A stretch of 56,626 nt of DNA from an uncultured Bacteroides sp. (GCA_964369715.1 CAYJGV010000003.1:14416-71041); one strand, 5' to 3'; counted from the stretch's first letter, positions 27,964 through 38,692 are shown. Program-made: numbers and translations. Notes: generated by a model from the letters alone, not told the origin.

Positions 27964-28002
27964 TATTTACACATGCTTTGTAATTGTGTTTTAATTAAAC
28001 TT

Positions 28003-28038
28003 AAAAAGCTGTTATGGTTTAACCATAACAGCTTTTTT
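28003..28038. terminator. Bidirectional intrinsic terminator
   Basis: AAAAAGCTGTTATGGTT-T-AACCATAACAGCTTTTTT. Confidence 0.88.
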
Positions 28039-28228
28039 GTGTAATTAATAATTATAAAAATAAAGTGAAGAAATGCAATAGCAAACCAATATGACAAATA
28101 TTAAAAGTTTTACTAAATTTTTTCGGGAAAATTTCAGGTTCTTAGGACAGAGTCCTAAGATGTTTTCCGCAGAAAACGTAATCTTTTGCTTTTAAAAAAC
28201 ATTATCGCTACCAGTTGGTACAATATTT

Positions 28229-29113
28229 TTATTGCTTTTGCTTTTTTATAAGTAATCTATCAATAATAATATTCAAAAGCATACCCAGCGCTACAAGTAA
28301 ACCGCCAAACAAACTTTGCAGTGTAATATTATTACCCATTAAAACATCAATTAATACACCGGCAAAAGTTTGCCCAACAAAAGATAAAATTGTAACCCTA
28401 AAACTTGTTAAATTTGCCATTACAACGTTAAAAAGCATTACAACAATAACACCTAATGCACCGCCTAAATAAACCCAAAAGGCTTTTAAATCACCGCTTA
28501 ATAATGTAAGTGCATCTGCTTGAAAAAACACCGTGATGATTAAAGCCAGAGGTAAGCCGACAGCGTGGTTGATTAATGAACCGTTAAGCGCACCAACATT
28601 TTTTGCAAGTGCAGAATTTGTTGTGCGTGACATTACAATGCTAAACCCGGCTAAAATTGATAAAACCAAAGCAAGTATTGCACTTACAGCTGTAAAATCC
28701 ATCATGACAGCAATTCCGCATAAAGAAACTAAAATTCCAATTAAAGTGGATTTTTTTATTTTAGTTTTTGGCATTCCAAAAAGACCAAAAGTGTCGATTG
28801 TAAGCGACGTCACTGTTTGTCCAAATAAACCAAGTGCCAAAATCGCTGTTACGCTAATTTCTCCAAATGAATAATTATTGCAAACTGTAGTTATAATTCC
28901 AAACATGCCGCCCGTAAAAAACCAAAATGGCATATTTTTTAAAGAAGGCATTTTAATTTTTTTAATTTTTAACAGTAGTAATGCAAATATTACTCCGACA
29001 ATATGTATTATTGTTGTGGAGAGAAAAACGCCGTATGCGGCAGATAATTCTCCATTTACAACAATCATTAAAGCGACGATAGCACCAGTTAAAAGTGCAA
29101 GAAAATTAAACAT
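28229..29113 (-). CDS. DMT superfamily transporter (duplicated YdcZ-like halves)
   Basis: Ten hydrophobic segments in two repeats (NGEL/NSAL, WFFTGG/WVYLGG, GQT..ID twice). Confidence 0.82.
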   Translation of the reverse strand: MFNFLALLTGAIVALMIVVNGELSAAYGVFLSTTIIHIVGVIFALLLLKIKKIKMPSLKNMPFWFFTGGMFGIITTVCNNYSFGEISVTAILALGLFGQTVTSLTIDTFGLFGMPKTKIKKSTLIGILVSLCGIAVMMDFTAVSAILALVLSILAGFSIVMSRTTNSALAKNVGALNGSLINHAVGLPLALIITVFFQADALTLLSGDLKAFWVYLGGALGVIVVMLFNVVMANLTSFRVTILSFVGQTFAGVLIDVLMGNNITLQSLFGGLLVALGMLLNIIIDRLLIKKQKQ

Positions 29114-29115
29114 AT

Positions 29116-30489
29116 TTATTTTTCACTCTCTACTAATTTTTTTGCAGCCTTATAGATATCTCCGCAACCCAGAGTAATTACCAAATCACCTTCTTTGGCG
29201 TTTTTTAGAACATAGTTTACAATTTCATCAAATGTTTTAAACCAGACACATCCGGGTATTTTTTCTGCAAGGTCTTTTGCTCTTATATCATAATCTTCAC
29301 TTTTTTCACGGCTTCCCATAATTTCGCTTAAAACGGTGTAATCCGCAATTTTTAAAACATCTGCAAAATCTTGCAAAAGTCGCATTGTTCTTGTGTAAGT
29401 GAAAGGCTGGTGCACCGCCCAAACTTTTTTATAACCCATATTCTTGGCGGCTTTTAATGTAACTTCAAGCTCTGCAGGGTGGTGTGCATAATCATCGGCT
29501 ATAGTTATACCGTTTACTTCACCTAAAAATTCAAATCTTCGTCCTGCACCCTTAAATGCATTTAAGCCCTTTGCACATTCATCAGCGCTACAGTTTGAAA
29601 TATGCGCACAAGCAAAAGCTGCAAGAGAGTTTATAACATTGTGCTCACCCGGCACATTTAGCTCTACATTAACGGCAAATTCACCGCTAATGTTCACATC
29701 AAAGCTATAAAAAGATGGCCTGTATTGTTTAATATTTACAGCCCTGTAATGTGCTTTTTCATTTGTGCCAAAAGTTATAATTTTTTTATCAAGCCTGTTT
29801 GCAACAAGCATGGTGTTTTCATCGTCGATATTTAAAATAACAGCTTTTTTTGCAGCCATAGAAAATTTATAAAAGCAATCACGCAAATTATCCATGGTTT
29901 TGAAAAATTCCATATGGTCTTCATCTATGTTTAAAATCACAGAATATGCTGGGTCTAAATGTAAAAAAGTATTGTTATATTCACACGCTTCAACAATAAT
30001 TTCACCGCCACTGCCATGTCGGCCATAAGCGTCGATAAGCGGTAATTTTCCGCCAATTATAGCCGCAGGTTCTTTTTGTGCCATCACCATAATTTGTGTT
30101 GTCATTGCCGTTGTTGTTGTCTTTCCGTGTGTGCCTGAAATACAAAGCGAATTTTCGTATAAATCGGCGACATAAGATAGCATAATGCTACGCTCTACTG
30201 TGGGAATATTAAGTTCATTCGCCTTTACAAGCTCGACATTATCTTTTGAAATAGCAGCAGAATAAACGATTAAATCGGCATTTTTTACATTGCTCTCATC
30301 GTGCCCTAAAAACACTTTTATGCCCATATTTGAAAGCCTTGTTATAATATCACCCTCATTTACGTCAGAACCTTGGATTTTATAGCCGAAAGCATGCAAA
30401 ATTTGCACGATAGGGAACATACCACTTCCACCTATGCCTATAAAATGCAAGTTTTTTTTGCCATCAAGTAATGTATTATATTTACCCAT
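29116..30489 (-). CDS. murC: UDP-N-acetylmuramate--L-alanine ligase
   Basis: HFIGIGGSGM, SGTHGKTTTT, VEACEY, DDYAHHP, LGCGDI; ATG at 30489 with GGAGAG SD. Confidence 0.97.
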   Translation of the reverse strand: MGKYNTLLDGKKNLHFIGIGGSGMFPIVQILHAFGYKIQGSDVNEGDIITRLSNMGIKVFLGHDESNVKNADLIVYSAAISKDNVELVKANELNIPTVERSIMLSYVADLYENSLCISGTHGKTTTTAMTTQIMVMAQKEPAAIIGGKLPLIDAYGRHGSGGEIIVEACEYNNTFLHLDPAYSVILNIDEDHMEFFKTMDNLRDCFYKFSMAAKKAVILNIDDENTMLVANRLDKKIITFGTNEKAHYRAVNIKQYRPSFYSFDVNISGEFAVNVELNVPGEHNVINSLAAFACAHISNCSADECAKGLNAFKGAGRRFEFLGEVNGITIADDYAHHPAELEVTLKAAKNMGYKKVWAVHQPFTYTRTMRLLQDFADVLKIADYTVLSEIMGSREKSEDYDIRAKDLAEKIPGCVWFKTFDEIVNYVLKNAKEGDLVITLGCGDIYKAAKKLVESEK

Positions 30490-30628
30490 TCTATCTCTCC
30501 TAATAATTTTATATATATGAAAATTCAAGTTTACTACATTTAAATAAGTATTTAAAATAAAAGCCTTATATATTATACTCTTATTTCATGAAAAAAGAAA
30601 CATATATTAATAATTTGTTATAAATTAT

Positions 30629-30657
30629 TTGCAAAAAGTGCTAATTAATAGTATAAT
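30629..30657 (+). promoter_or_regulatory. Sigma-A promoter of glycosylation cluster
   Basis: TTGCAA-N17-TATAAT. Confidence 0.65.
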
Positions 30658-30704
30658 ATTTAAATATGTTTAAGTTAAAATATGATATTGAAAAGGGGTA
30701 TTTT

Positions 30705-31637
30705 ATGAAATCGGCATTGGTTGGCTATACAGGATTTGTGGGCTCAAACTTAGCTTCTAGCCACAGTTTTGATGCACTTTATAATAGTAAAAACATTGAT
30801 GATGCGAAAGGCACAAATCCTGATTTGTTGATTTTTTCGGGAATACCTGCCGCAAAGTATTTGGCAAATGTCAACGCAAAAGCTGATTTAGAGATTTGCG
30901 AAAATGCTGCGCGAACAATTGAAGGAATAAATGCAAAAAAACTTGTTTTGATAAGCACTGTGGATGTTTACGATAATCCAAACAGTACAAATGAAGACAC
31001 AAAACCTAATTTAGAAAACACAGAAGCATATGGCAGAAATCGTGCAGTTCTTGAAAAATTAGTGCATGAATATAACGAAAATGCGTTAATTGTTCGATTG
31101 CCCGGGCTTTTTGGGATTAATTTAAAAAAGAATTTTTTATACGATTTTTTAACACTTACACCTGCGATGTTAAAACCGGAAAAATTTGAAGAAATTGCAC
31201 AAAAAAGCGATATTGTTAAAAACGCATATGAACTTGCTGAAAATGGTTTTTATTGCTTGACACAAAAAGCTAAAACAACAGATAAACAAAAGCTTAAAAC
31301 ATTTTTTGAAACCAACGATTTCAACTCGCTTGCCTTTACAGATAGCAGAGCAGTTTATCAATTTTACTATTTAAAAAATTTGTATAATGATATTATGAAA
31401 GCGCTTGAAAATGATATTAAAATTTTGAATTTGGCAACAGAGCCCATAAGCACAAAAGAAATTTATAAAAAGCTTACAAACGGCAAAATTTTCACAAATG
31501 AAATAGCACAAACACCTGTTTCTTATGATATGCGCAGTAAGTATAGCGAATTATATAAAGGCGAAAATGGCTATTTGTACAGCGCGGAAAAAATGCTTGA
31601 TGAAATAGTGGATTTTGCACAAAATTTTGAAGTTTGA
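30705..31637 (+). CDS. NAD-dependent epimerase/dehydratase (atypical SDR)
   Basis: GYTGFVG, ISTVDVY, YGRNR (YxxxR instead of YxxxK), IVRLPGLFG; ATG at 30705 with AAGGGG SD. Confidence 0.82.
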   Translation: MKSALVGYTGFVGSNLASSHSFDALYNSKNIDDAKGTNPDLLIFSGIPAAKYLANVNAKADLEICENAARTIEGINAKKLVLISTVDVYDNPNSTNEDTKPNLENTEAYGRNRAVLEKLVHEYNENALIVRLPGLFGINLKKNFLYDFLTLTPAMLKPEKFEEIAQKSDIVKNAYELAENGFYCLTQKAKTTDKQKLKTFFETNDFNSLAFTDSRAVYQFYYLKNLYNDIMKALENDIKILNLATEPISTKEIYKKLTNGKIFTNEIAQTPVSYDMRSKYSELYKGENGYLYSAEKMLDEIVDFAQNFEV

Positions 31638-31645
31638 GGTGAATT

Positions 31646-32434
31646 ATGAAGCTTTCAATATCAAATATCGGTTTTGATGACAATCAAAAAGAAAAAGTGT
31701 ACGAGCTTTTAAATAAATATAAGTATTCAGGGCTTGAAATTGCCCCAAGCATTTTTGTCGGTGAGAATCCTTATGATAAAAATGACATAGCAGCGCAAAA
31801 AGCTAAAAAATTATACGATGATTATAAATTGAAAATATCTTCTATGCAAAGCATATGGTATGGCTGTACAGGGAATATTTTTGTTGAAGACGAAGCCCTA
31901 AATTTGATAGAATACACAAAAAAGGCTGTTTTATTTGCAAAGGAAATAGAGTGTGGAAATTTGGTTTTTGGTTGCCCAAAAAACAGATTTATTCCTGAAG
32001 GTAAGAACGAAAAAGATGCCGAAGGATTTTTTAATGCAATTGCAAAATTTGCATGTGAAAACAATACTAACATTGCGCTTGAGGCAAATCCGGAAATTTA
32101 CGGCACAAATTTTTGTAATAAAAGTGAGCAAGCCTTTAATTTTGCAAAAAATATTGAAGGCTTAAAAATGAATTATGATTTGGGCACTTTATTAATCAAT
32201 GGTGAAAGTCTTGAAGTTTTGCAGGAGAATATTAAGCTTGTAAATCATGTGCATGTCAGCGAAAAAGAGCTTATGCCGATAAGCGATGCAAAGGAAAGAC
32301 GCATTTTACACAGAGAACTTGCAAAATTATTAAAAAATGCAAATTATAATAATTATGTCTCAATAGAGATGAAAAAATGTGATTTAAATCAAGTAGAAAA
32401 AATAATATATCAAGTTGCAGAGGATTTTTCATAA
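31646..32434 (+). CDS. Sugar phosphate isomerase/epimerase, xylose-isomerase-like TIM barrel
   Basis: GLEIAP, VFGCPKNR, IALEAN, NYDLG, HVHVSE, VSIEM metal-ligand pattern. Confidence 0.85.
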   Translation: MKLSISNIGFDDNQKEKVYELLNKYKYSGLEIAPSIFVGENPYDKNDIAAQKAKKLYDDYKLKISSMQSIWYGCTGNIFVEDEALNLIEYTKKAVLFAKEIECGNLVFGCPKNRFIPEGKNEKDAEGFFNAIAKFACENNTNIALEANPEIYGTNFCNKSEQAFNFAKNIEGLKMNYDLGTLLINGESLEVLQENIKLVNHVHVSEKELMPISDAKERRILHRELAKLLKNANYNNYVSIEMKKCDLNQVEKIIYQVAEDFS

Positions 32435-33247
32435 ATGGAATTTATAACAAAAGATGTTTTAAATATAAATGGCGTGCCTGATTTTACAAAGACAGAATTT
32501 GCAGAAAAAACAAGTGAGTACTGCGTTTTAATACCAATTATAAACGAGGGTAATAGAATTTTGTCAGAGCTTGAAATGGCAAAAAATGCCGATATAAATA
32601 AAATTGCAGACATAATATTATGTGATGGCGGCAGTACAGATGGAAGTATGGAACATGAGAAACTTTCATCGCTTTTGGTTAACACATTACTTGTGAAAAC
32701 AGGCGCAGGAAAACAGGGTGCACAGCTTAGAATGGGCGTTTTTTATGCGCTAAACCGTGGATACAAAGGCATTATAACAATTGATGGAAATAATAAAGAT
32801 TCGATAGAGGATATTCCGCTTTTTATAGAAAAATTGAAAGATGGATATGATTTAATTCAAGGCAGTCGCTTTATTAAAGGCGGTATTGCTGAAAATACAC
32901 CTATCTCAAGATATCTTGCTGTAAGGTTTATACATGCGCCTGTGATAAGTTTAACCGCCGGGCAGTGGTTCACTGACACAACTAATGCATATAGGGCATA
33001 TTCAAGCACGTACTTATCCGATGAAAGGGTAAAGCCACTTAGGGATGTTTTTGCAGGCTATGAACTGCTTGCATACCTTTCTACAAGGGCAACACAACTT
33101 AAATATAAAGCGTGCGAAGTACCTGTCGCAAGAAGATATCCAAAAAATGAGCCAACACCAACAAAAATAAAAGGTGTACACGGAAATGCAAATTTGTTAA
33201 AAATTCTGTTTTCTAATTTATTTGGTGCATATTTGCCGAATAAATAA
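32435..33247 (+). CDS. GT2 glycosyltransferase, polyprenol-phosphate sugar synthase-like, soluble
   Basis: IPIINEG, CDGGSTDG, TIDGNNKD, QGSRF, TDTTNAYRAY. Confidence 0.88.
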   Translation: MEFITKDVLNINGVPDFTKTEFAEKTSEYCVLIPIINEGNRILSELEMAKNADINKIADIILCDGGSTDGSMEHEKLSSLLVNTLLVKTGAGKQGAQLRMGVFYALNRGYKGIITIDGNNKDSIEDIPLFIEKLKDGYDLIQGSRFIKGGIAENTPISRYLAVRFIHAPVISLTAGQWFTDTTNAYRAYSSTYLSDERVKPLRDVFAGYELLAYLSTRATQLKYKACEVPVARRYPKNEPTPTKIKGVHGNANLLKILFSNLFGAYLPNK

Positions 33248-33259
33248 ATTGAGGATAAT

Positions 33260-34585
33260 ATGTCATTTATAAAAAACCTACAAATTAAAAAAATTCATCT
33301 GTTTAAAAAGCAAATAATTATTATTTGCTTTTGTTTAGTGCTGTTTTTTACACTTGTGGCTAATATTGCAAATTATCAAAAGATTGAATTTTGGCAGGAA
33401 ACATCACAAAGCTTAATTGTGGGCAGAATGTTTCAAGTTCAACACGGGCTTGATATAAACCCCTCGGGATTTTTAATGGAGTTTATGGACGGTGAAGTAA
33501 GGGATAACAATTACGAGATTTTTTTAACGGATAGAGATATTTCACAAAATGGCGTAAGAATTTACAACCAGCAATCGGGATTACAAGGCACAATGGCAGC
33601 AATAATTAATCAAGTGCTTGTAATTTTAAATGTAGAGCCATCAAGCAGGCTGTATATTCTTTATTTTATAACTGCTGCCATGTTTGTTGCAATAAGCATT
33701 GCAATATGTCTGTGGCTGGCTAAAGAATGTGATGTTTATATTGGAATTACAGCTGCATTTTGCCTTTTGTTTTCTTCTTGGATGATGAAAAGCGCATGGA
33801 ATTTATATTGGGTTACATGGACGATGATTTTCCCACTTGCTGTTTGTGCATGGCTGTGTGTTTTAATAAAAAAAGGTAAAATCAAAAATATATGGCTTTA
33901 CTTTGGGGTATTTATAAGCGTTTTAATTAAGTGTTTATGCGGCTATGAATTTATAACAACTGTTATGCTTGCTTGTGAAATTCCGCTTGTTTATTATTTT
34001 TTTAAAAGCGAAAAAGGTGAAAAATCACTTTGGTTTAAAAGGGCGTTTTTTGTTGGTATAGCAGCACTTTTGGCATTTGTGTGCTCTTTGATAATATGGT
34101 ATATTCAAAACGGAATTTACCTTGGAAATTGGCAAGAAGCACTTAATAATATTTTAACCGTTTCATATAGGCGAACAGGCATTGGCATCGCGCCCGAAGG
34201 CAGTTTAATCGATGAAGACTATAACAGCCTTGCTGTTCCACGTTTTGAAGTGTTTAGTATTTACTTTAATAAAAGCACGATTTTCGGCGGAGTTTCAAGT
34301 GCAAATTTAGTGTTTATTCAATTAATTTTATTTGCATTTATTGCAATAATTTCAAAATTTAAAAACACGAAAGAAATTTTAGTAAAACATTTTAATTTTT
34401 TAATGCTTACATTAATTTCATTTCTGGCAAGCTTTTCGTGGATAGTTTTAGCAAGTGGACATTCAATTTTACATGAACATATCGATTATATTATACTGTT
34501 TTTCTTGTTTATCCCTGTAACTTTAGGACATATTTTTTCAATGGTTAAATATTTGGTGGATAATTTTATAAAAAAAGAAAAATAG
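33260..34585 (+). CDS. Polytopic membrane protein, putative GT-C glycosyltransferase, paralogue 1
   Basis: TM1, large loop, then many TMs; WQETSQSLIVGR, QSG, NLYW, CGYEF, SW..LASGHS..HEH. Confidence 0.6.
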   Translation: MSFIKNLQIKKIHLFKKQIIIICFCLVLFFTLVANIANYQKIEFWQETSQSLIVGRMFQVQHGLDINPSGFLMEFMDGEVRDNNYEIFLTDRDISQNGVRIYNQQSGLQGTMAAIINQVLVILNVEPSSRLYILYFITAAMFVAISIAICLWLAKECDVYIGITAAFCLLFSSWMMKSAWNLYWVTWTMIFPLAVCAWLCVLIKKGKIKNIWLYFGVFISVLIKCLCGYEFITTVMLACEIPLVYYFFKSEKGEKSLWFKRAFFVGIAALLAFVCSLIIWYIQNGIYLGNWQEALNNILTVSYRRTGIGIAPEGSLIDEDYNSLAVPRFEVFSIYFNKSTIFGGVSSANLVFIQLILFAFIAIISKFKNTKEILVKHFNFLMLTLISFLASFSWIVLASGHSILHEHIDYIILFFLFIPVTLGHIFSMVKYLVDNFIKKEK

Positions 34586-34714
34586 TGTGCTAATTTAATT
34601 GATATATATAATACAGAATTCATGATTGATTGAATATTTTATCGTGTTTAACAATGATAATAGTTTTTTATGAGATTTTTAATAAGAATAATTTCAAAGT
34701 AATTAATACTGGGG

Positions 34715-36046
34715 TTGAATTTTATTAAGTTAAGCAATAAAAAAATAAATAAAAATTATATGCTGAAAATATTGCTTTTTTTAGTATTAGTTTTTGTGTT
34801 TTCATATCAATTTACACAGCTTTGGCTTAGTACAGATTACAAATCATGGCAGCAAGAATCTGAATCGCTTGTGGTTGGCAGAATGTATCAAATGCAAATA
34901 GGTGCACATTCTTATGCGGGTATTATGCAAAGTGTGACTGAGCCTATACCGGCAATGCATGAACTATTTTTAAGTTCGGGTGCAAGCGGAGATTTTGAAA
35001 ATAACACGCATTATTGGCACCAAATAGGGTTTTATGCAAGTATTTTAGGTCTACTTAATAAGATGTTATTTCAATTTGGTGCAAGCGCTGAATTTCGATT
35101 AAATTTATGTTACTTTATAAATATATTTGCGTTTATTTTAGTGTTATCTGTTATTTGTATGTGGGTATATAAAGAATTTGGCAAAATAGCAAGCCTTTTA
35201 GTTTTTACAGGAACTTTGTTTTCAAATTGGACACTTAAAAGTATAGGTAATTTATATTGGGTGGTTTTTCTTTATTTATTGCCTTTTGCACTTTCTGCAT
35301 ATTTTTGCAAAAAGTATGAAACCGAAAACAAAATACCTTTTCACGCAGTTTTAATAATAGCGCTTTCTGTTTTTGTTAAATTTTTAAGTGGTTTTGAATT
35401 TACAAGTACATTGCTAATTTGCATGGAAGTTCCTGTTATGTATTACTTGTTTAAACATTTTAAAAACAAAACAAATTTTAAAAAATATTTTAGCTTTGCA
35501 CTAAAAACAAGCATTGCAAGTATTATTGCATTTATTGCAGCAATTATAATATGGTTTGTGCAAATATTTATAGGGTTTGGGGATTTACAACTTGCAATTG
35601 AAGAATTTCTTTTACCAATTGGCATGAGAACAGGATTTTTAAGAGATTTAGTTGACAATGATATGCCGATTTTAGTCGAAAGTTTAAATGCACCAATTGC
35701 AGAAATTTTTGCAATTTATCTAAAACAAGATAGTATCTATTTAGGTTTAAATATGCAAATTATATTAATTATATATTTAATAATCACTTTACCGGTAATA
35801 TTAATTTGTAAAGTTTTTAATAAAGATACTCTATTTAAAATTAATATTTGTCTTTTTGCGACATGCTTTATTGCATTTTTAGCGCCTGTTTCATGGTTTG
35901 TTCTTGGCAGAGGACATTCGTATATTCACACACATATAAATTATATTTTGTGGTTTATGCCGCTGTTACCTATGATGCTTTTGCATTTAGGATATAATAT
36001 AAAAACTATATTCTCTTTTAATTTCAATAAAAATGGACGTGCCTGA
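34715..36046 (+). CDS. Putative GT-C glycosyltransferase, paralogue 2 (start may be ATG 34760)
   Basis: WQQESESLVVGR, QIG, NLYW, SGFEF, RTG, SWFVLGRGHSYIHTH. Confidence 0.6.
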   Translation: MNFIKLSNKKINKNYMLKILLFLVLVFVFSYQFTQLWLSTDYKSWQQESESLVVGRMYQMQIGAHSYAGIMQSVTEPIPAMHELFLSSGASGDFENNTHYWHQIGFYASILGLLNKMLFQFGASAEFRLNLCYFINIFAFILVLSVICMWVYKEFGKIASLLVFTGTLFSNWTLKSIGNLYWVVFLYLLPFALSAYFCKKYETENKIPFHAVLIIALSVFVKFLSGFEFTSTLLICMEVPVMYYLFKHFKNKTNFKKYFSFALKTSIASIIAFIAAIIIWFVQIFIGFGDLQLAIEEFLLPIGMRTGFLRDLVDNDMPILVESLNAPIAEIFAIYLKQDSIYLGLNMQIILIIYLIITLPVILICKVFNKDTLFKINICLFATCFIAFLAPVSWFVLGRGHSYIHTHINYILWFMPLLPMMLLHLGYNIKTIFSFNFNKNGRA

Positions 36047-37392
36047 TGATAAAATTTGTAAAAAACAATTCTATTTTTAAATATATTATTGCGTTAATAT
36101 TTGTTATTGTATTAACTGTTTTGCTGTTTTTTATTTGGCAAAATCAAAGTGAAGAACTTGTTTTGTGGCAATATGATTCTGAAGGCCTTGTGATGGGCAG
36201 GGTTTACCAAATGCAAACAGGCACTAATGCGAGCAATGCCGGTGCAATGTTGGGGGCTTATTCTCCAAAAGATACAACATATGAAAAAGAGCTTGCGTTA
36301 TATGAGCAAAGAAGTATTTTTTTTGATGATATAGCGGTAGAAGACGATGAATATATAGTATATGCACATCAATCGGGAATGCATGGCACGGTGTGGGGAA
36401 TGTTTAATTTAGCACTGTGTTTTTTGCAGGTTTCATCACATACACGCCTTGAAATAATGCATTTTGTAAGTGTGTTTTTGTTCAGTTCATCGCTTTCGCT
36501 TTTGCTTTTTTGGGTTTATAAAGAGTTTTCAAAATTCGCATGTGTTTTTTCGGGTGTTGTGTTTTTGTTTTCAACTTGGACAATAAGAGCAATGACAAAC
36601 TTGTATTGGCAATATTACTTATATATTTTTATACTGGCTATAAGTGCGATATTATGTTATAATTACAATAATTGTAAATGTGCAAAAATAAATAAATTTT
36701 TGCTAATATTATTAATTTTTGCAATGTATTATCGTTTTTTAGGTGGTTTTGAATTTACCTCTTGGATTATGATAATTGTACAAATTCCGCTTGTTTTTTA
36801 CTTTATTAAAACTAACGATAAAACACAAAAATTTAAATGGTTTAAATTTGCAATAAAGCTTGCTTTACTTGAATTATTCGCTTTTGCAGCGGCATTATGT
36901 ACATGGTTTGTGCAATTAATATTGCATACAGGTGAAATTAATTCAGCAATAAATGTATTTTTAACGCCAATTTTAAGCCGCACGGCACTGGGGCAAACGT
37001 CCGCAATTTCAGCTGAAGCAAGCACAAGTTTTTTGCAAATTTTAAACATGTATTTTGTACAAGAAAATTTCATTTTAAATTTGAATATATTACTATTAAT
37101 AATTATTTACCTACTTATATTTGTCATTGCTTTAATTTTTGTTAAAAATGATAAAGAAAAGATAAATAGGCATATTTCAATGTTTGGTGCTGTTGTGTTA
37201 TCTGTTTTGGCTGTTATTTCGTGGCTTTTTCTTGCACAGCAACATTCAGCTGCTCATGCACATATAATTTTTATTTTATTTACATGCCCGTTTTTATTGC
37301 TAGCGGCTGCACATATCGCAATTTGCATTAAAGATATGTATAATCATTTTAAATTATTGCATGAAAAATCGAAAGGAAATACACATGGCTAA
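36046..37392 (+). CDS. Putative GT-C glycosyltransferase, paralogue 3
   Basis: WQYDSEGLVMGR, QSG, NLYW, GGFEF, SW..LAQQHS..HAH. Confidence 0.6.
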   Translation: MIKFVKNNSIFKYIIALIFVIVLTVLLFFIWQNQSEELVLWQYDSEGLVMGRVYQMQTGTNASNAGAMLGAYSPKDTTYEKELALYEQRSIFFDDIAVEDDEYIVYAHQSGMHGTVWGMFNLALCFLQVSSHTRLEIMHFVSVFLFSSSLSLLLFWVYKEFSKFACVFSGVVFLFSTWTIRAMTNLYWQYYLYIFILAISAILCYNYNNCKCAKINKFLLILLIFAMYYRFLGGFEFTSWIMIIVQIPLVFYFIKTNDKTQKFKWFKFAIKLALLELFAFAAALCTWFVQLILHTGEINSAINVFLTPILSRTALGQTSAISAEASTSFLQILNMYFVQENFILNLNILLLIIIYLLIFVIALIFVKNDKEKINRHISMFGAVVLSVLAVISWLFLAQQHSAAHAHIIFILFTCPFLLLAAAHIAICIKDMYNHFKLLHEKSKGNTHG

Positions 37393-38692
37393 AAAACACA
37401 ATATTATACATATTATTTGTGCATTTATTGTAGCCAATGTGTTACTGTATTTTATTTGTAGTAATTTTGCAATGAATGATGTAAATAGATATGGTGCGCA
37501 AGATGAACAATTTACAATTGGAAGAATTTATCAAATGCAACAAAACGGTATAATTAGCTCGGATAATATCGCCGGATTTACAGGGCTTTATGAAGGCTAT
37601 GAACAAACAGGTACATTATATTTACAAGATATATCTCTTTTAGATTACACATTTGTGCCAAATACAAGCCAAACAGGAATTAATGCAAGTGCATTAGGTG
37701 CACTAAATCTTGTTTTATGTCTTTTTGAAATAGCACCACAAACACGTTTGCAAATTATAAGCTTTTTTAATTTATATATGTTTATGATTGTGCTTTTTAT
37801 AATGTGCTATGTTTTTTACAAAAACTTTGGATTTTTTACGGCACTTTACAGTTTTGTGTCTACAGTAATTTTAACATATGTTTTCCCGGCTATGCTAAAT
37901 ATAAATTATATGCTATGGGTGCAAGTTTTGCCAATTGCAATAAGTGTATTGATATTTTTATTATGGTTTAAAATTGATGATGCAAAAAAAGATAAAAATG
38001 GACAAATACAATTAAACTTGCGTTATTATATTATGCTATGTATCAGCTTGTTTATAGCTTTTATTTGTGATTTATCAGGAATAATATTTTTGTATTTTGC
38101 CATTATGTTACCGTTTTGCTTTATAGCTTTAAAAACAATTTATATAAAAAACGAATCAAATTATGATATAAAGTGTTTTAATACAATGGCTATAAAATTA
38201 TCAATTTCATATTTAGTTGCATTGTTATTTGCATTGATTGTGTTGTTTTTTCAGCACATAATATATTTTAAAAATGCATTAATTGCAATTCAAAATTTTT
38301 ACCATGCTGTTATATTAAATTTGGTGGGAAATGCACATAGCTTTGATTTAAATTTAATAAATAGTATAAGCATCGAAATAATAATTTTTTTATACTTTGT
38401 TTTCTGTGTATTTGGCGCTTTGCTTTTAAAGGCTAAAAAGCTAGAAAAAAGCATTAGATATCATATAATTACAAGTGTGTTATTATTAATTAACATGATG
38501 ATACCCTGTGTTTTTTTAATGCTTATTTCAGGAAATTTTAAGGCACTTACAGACTATTTGAGAATATATTTTTGCGTGATAAATATGCCGTTTGTGTTTG
38601 CGCATATAGGTTTTTTTGCAAAAAATATATATGAGTATTTAAATGTAAATGCTATAAATGAAAACGAAAATAAATTTTTTGTAAAAAACTAA
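37385..38692 (+). CDS. Degenerate paralogue 4 of the same membrane protein family
   Basis: Keeps DEQFTIGRIYQMQ and QTG; lacks G.EF and the His cluster; ATG at 37385 with AAAGGA SD. Confidence 0.55.
   Translation: MAKKHNIIHIICAFIVANVLLYFICSNFAMNDVNRYGAQDEQFTIGRIYQMQQNGIISSDNIAGFTGLYEGYEQTGTLYLQDISLLDYTFVPNTSQTGINASALGALNLVLCLFEIAPQTRLQIISFFNLYMFMIVLFIMCYVFYKNFGFFTALYSFVSTVILTYVFPAMLNINYMLWVQVLPIAISVLIFLLWFKIDDAKKDKNGQIQLNLRYYIMLCISLFIAFICDLSGIIFLYFAIMLPFCFIALKTIYIKNESNYDIKCFNTMAIKLSISYLVALLFALIVLFFQHIIYFKNALIAIQNFYHAVILNLVGNAHSFDLNLINSISIEIIIFLYFVFCVFGALLLKAKKLEKSIRYHIITSVLLLINMMIPCVFLMLISGNFKALTDYLRIYFCVINMPFVFAHIGFFAKNIYEYLNVNAINENENKFFVKN

Noticed and set aside
28229..29113. DMT transporter as flippase for the glycosylation cluster
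   Set aside because: It is coupled to murC in the divergent operon; no sequence evidence links it to the cluster
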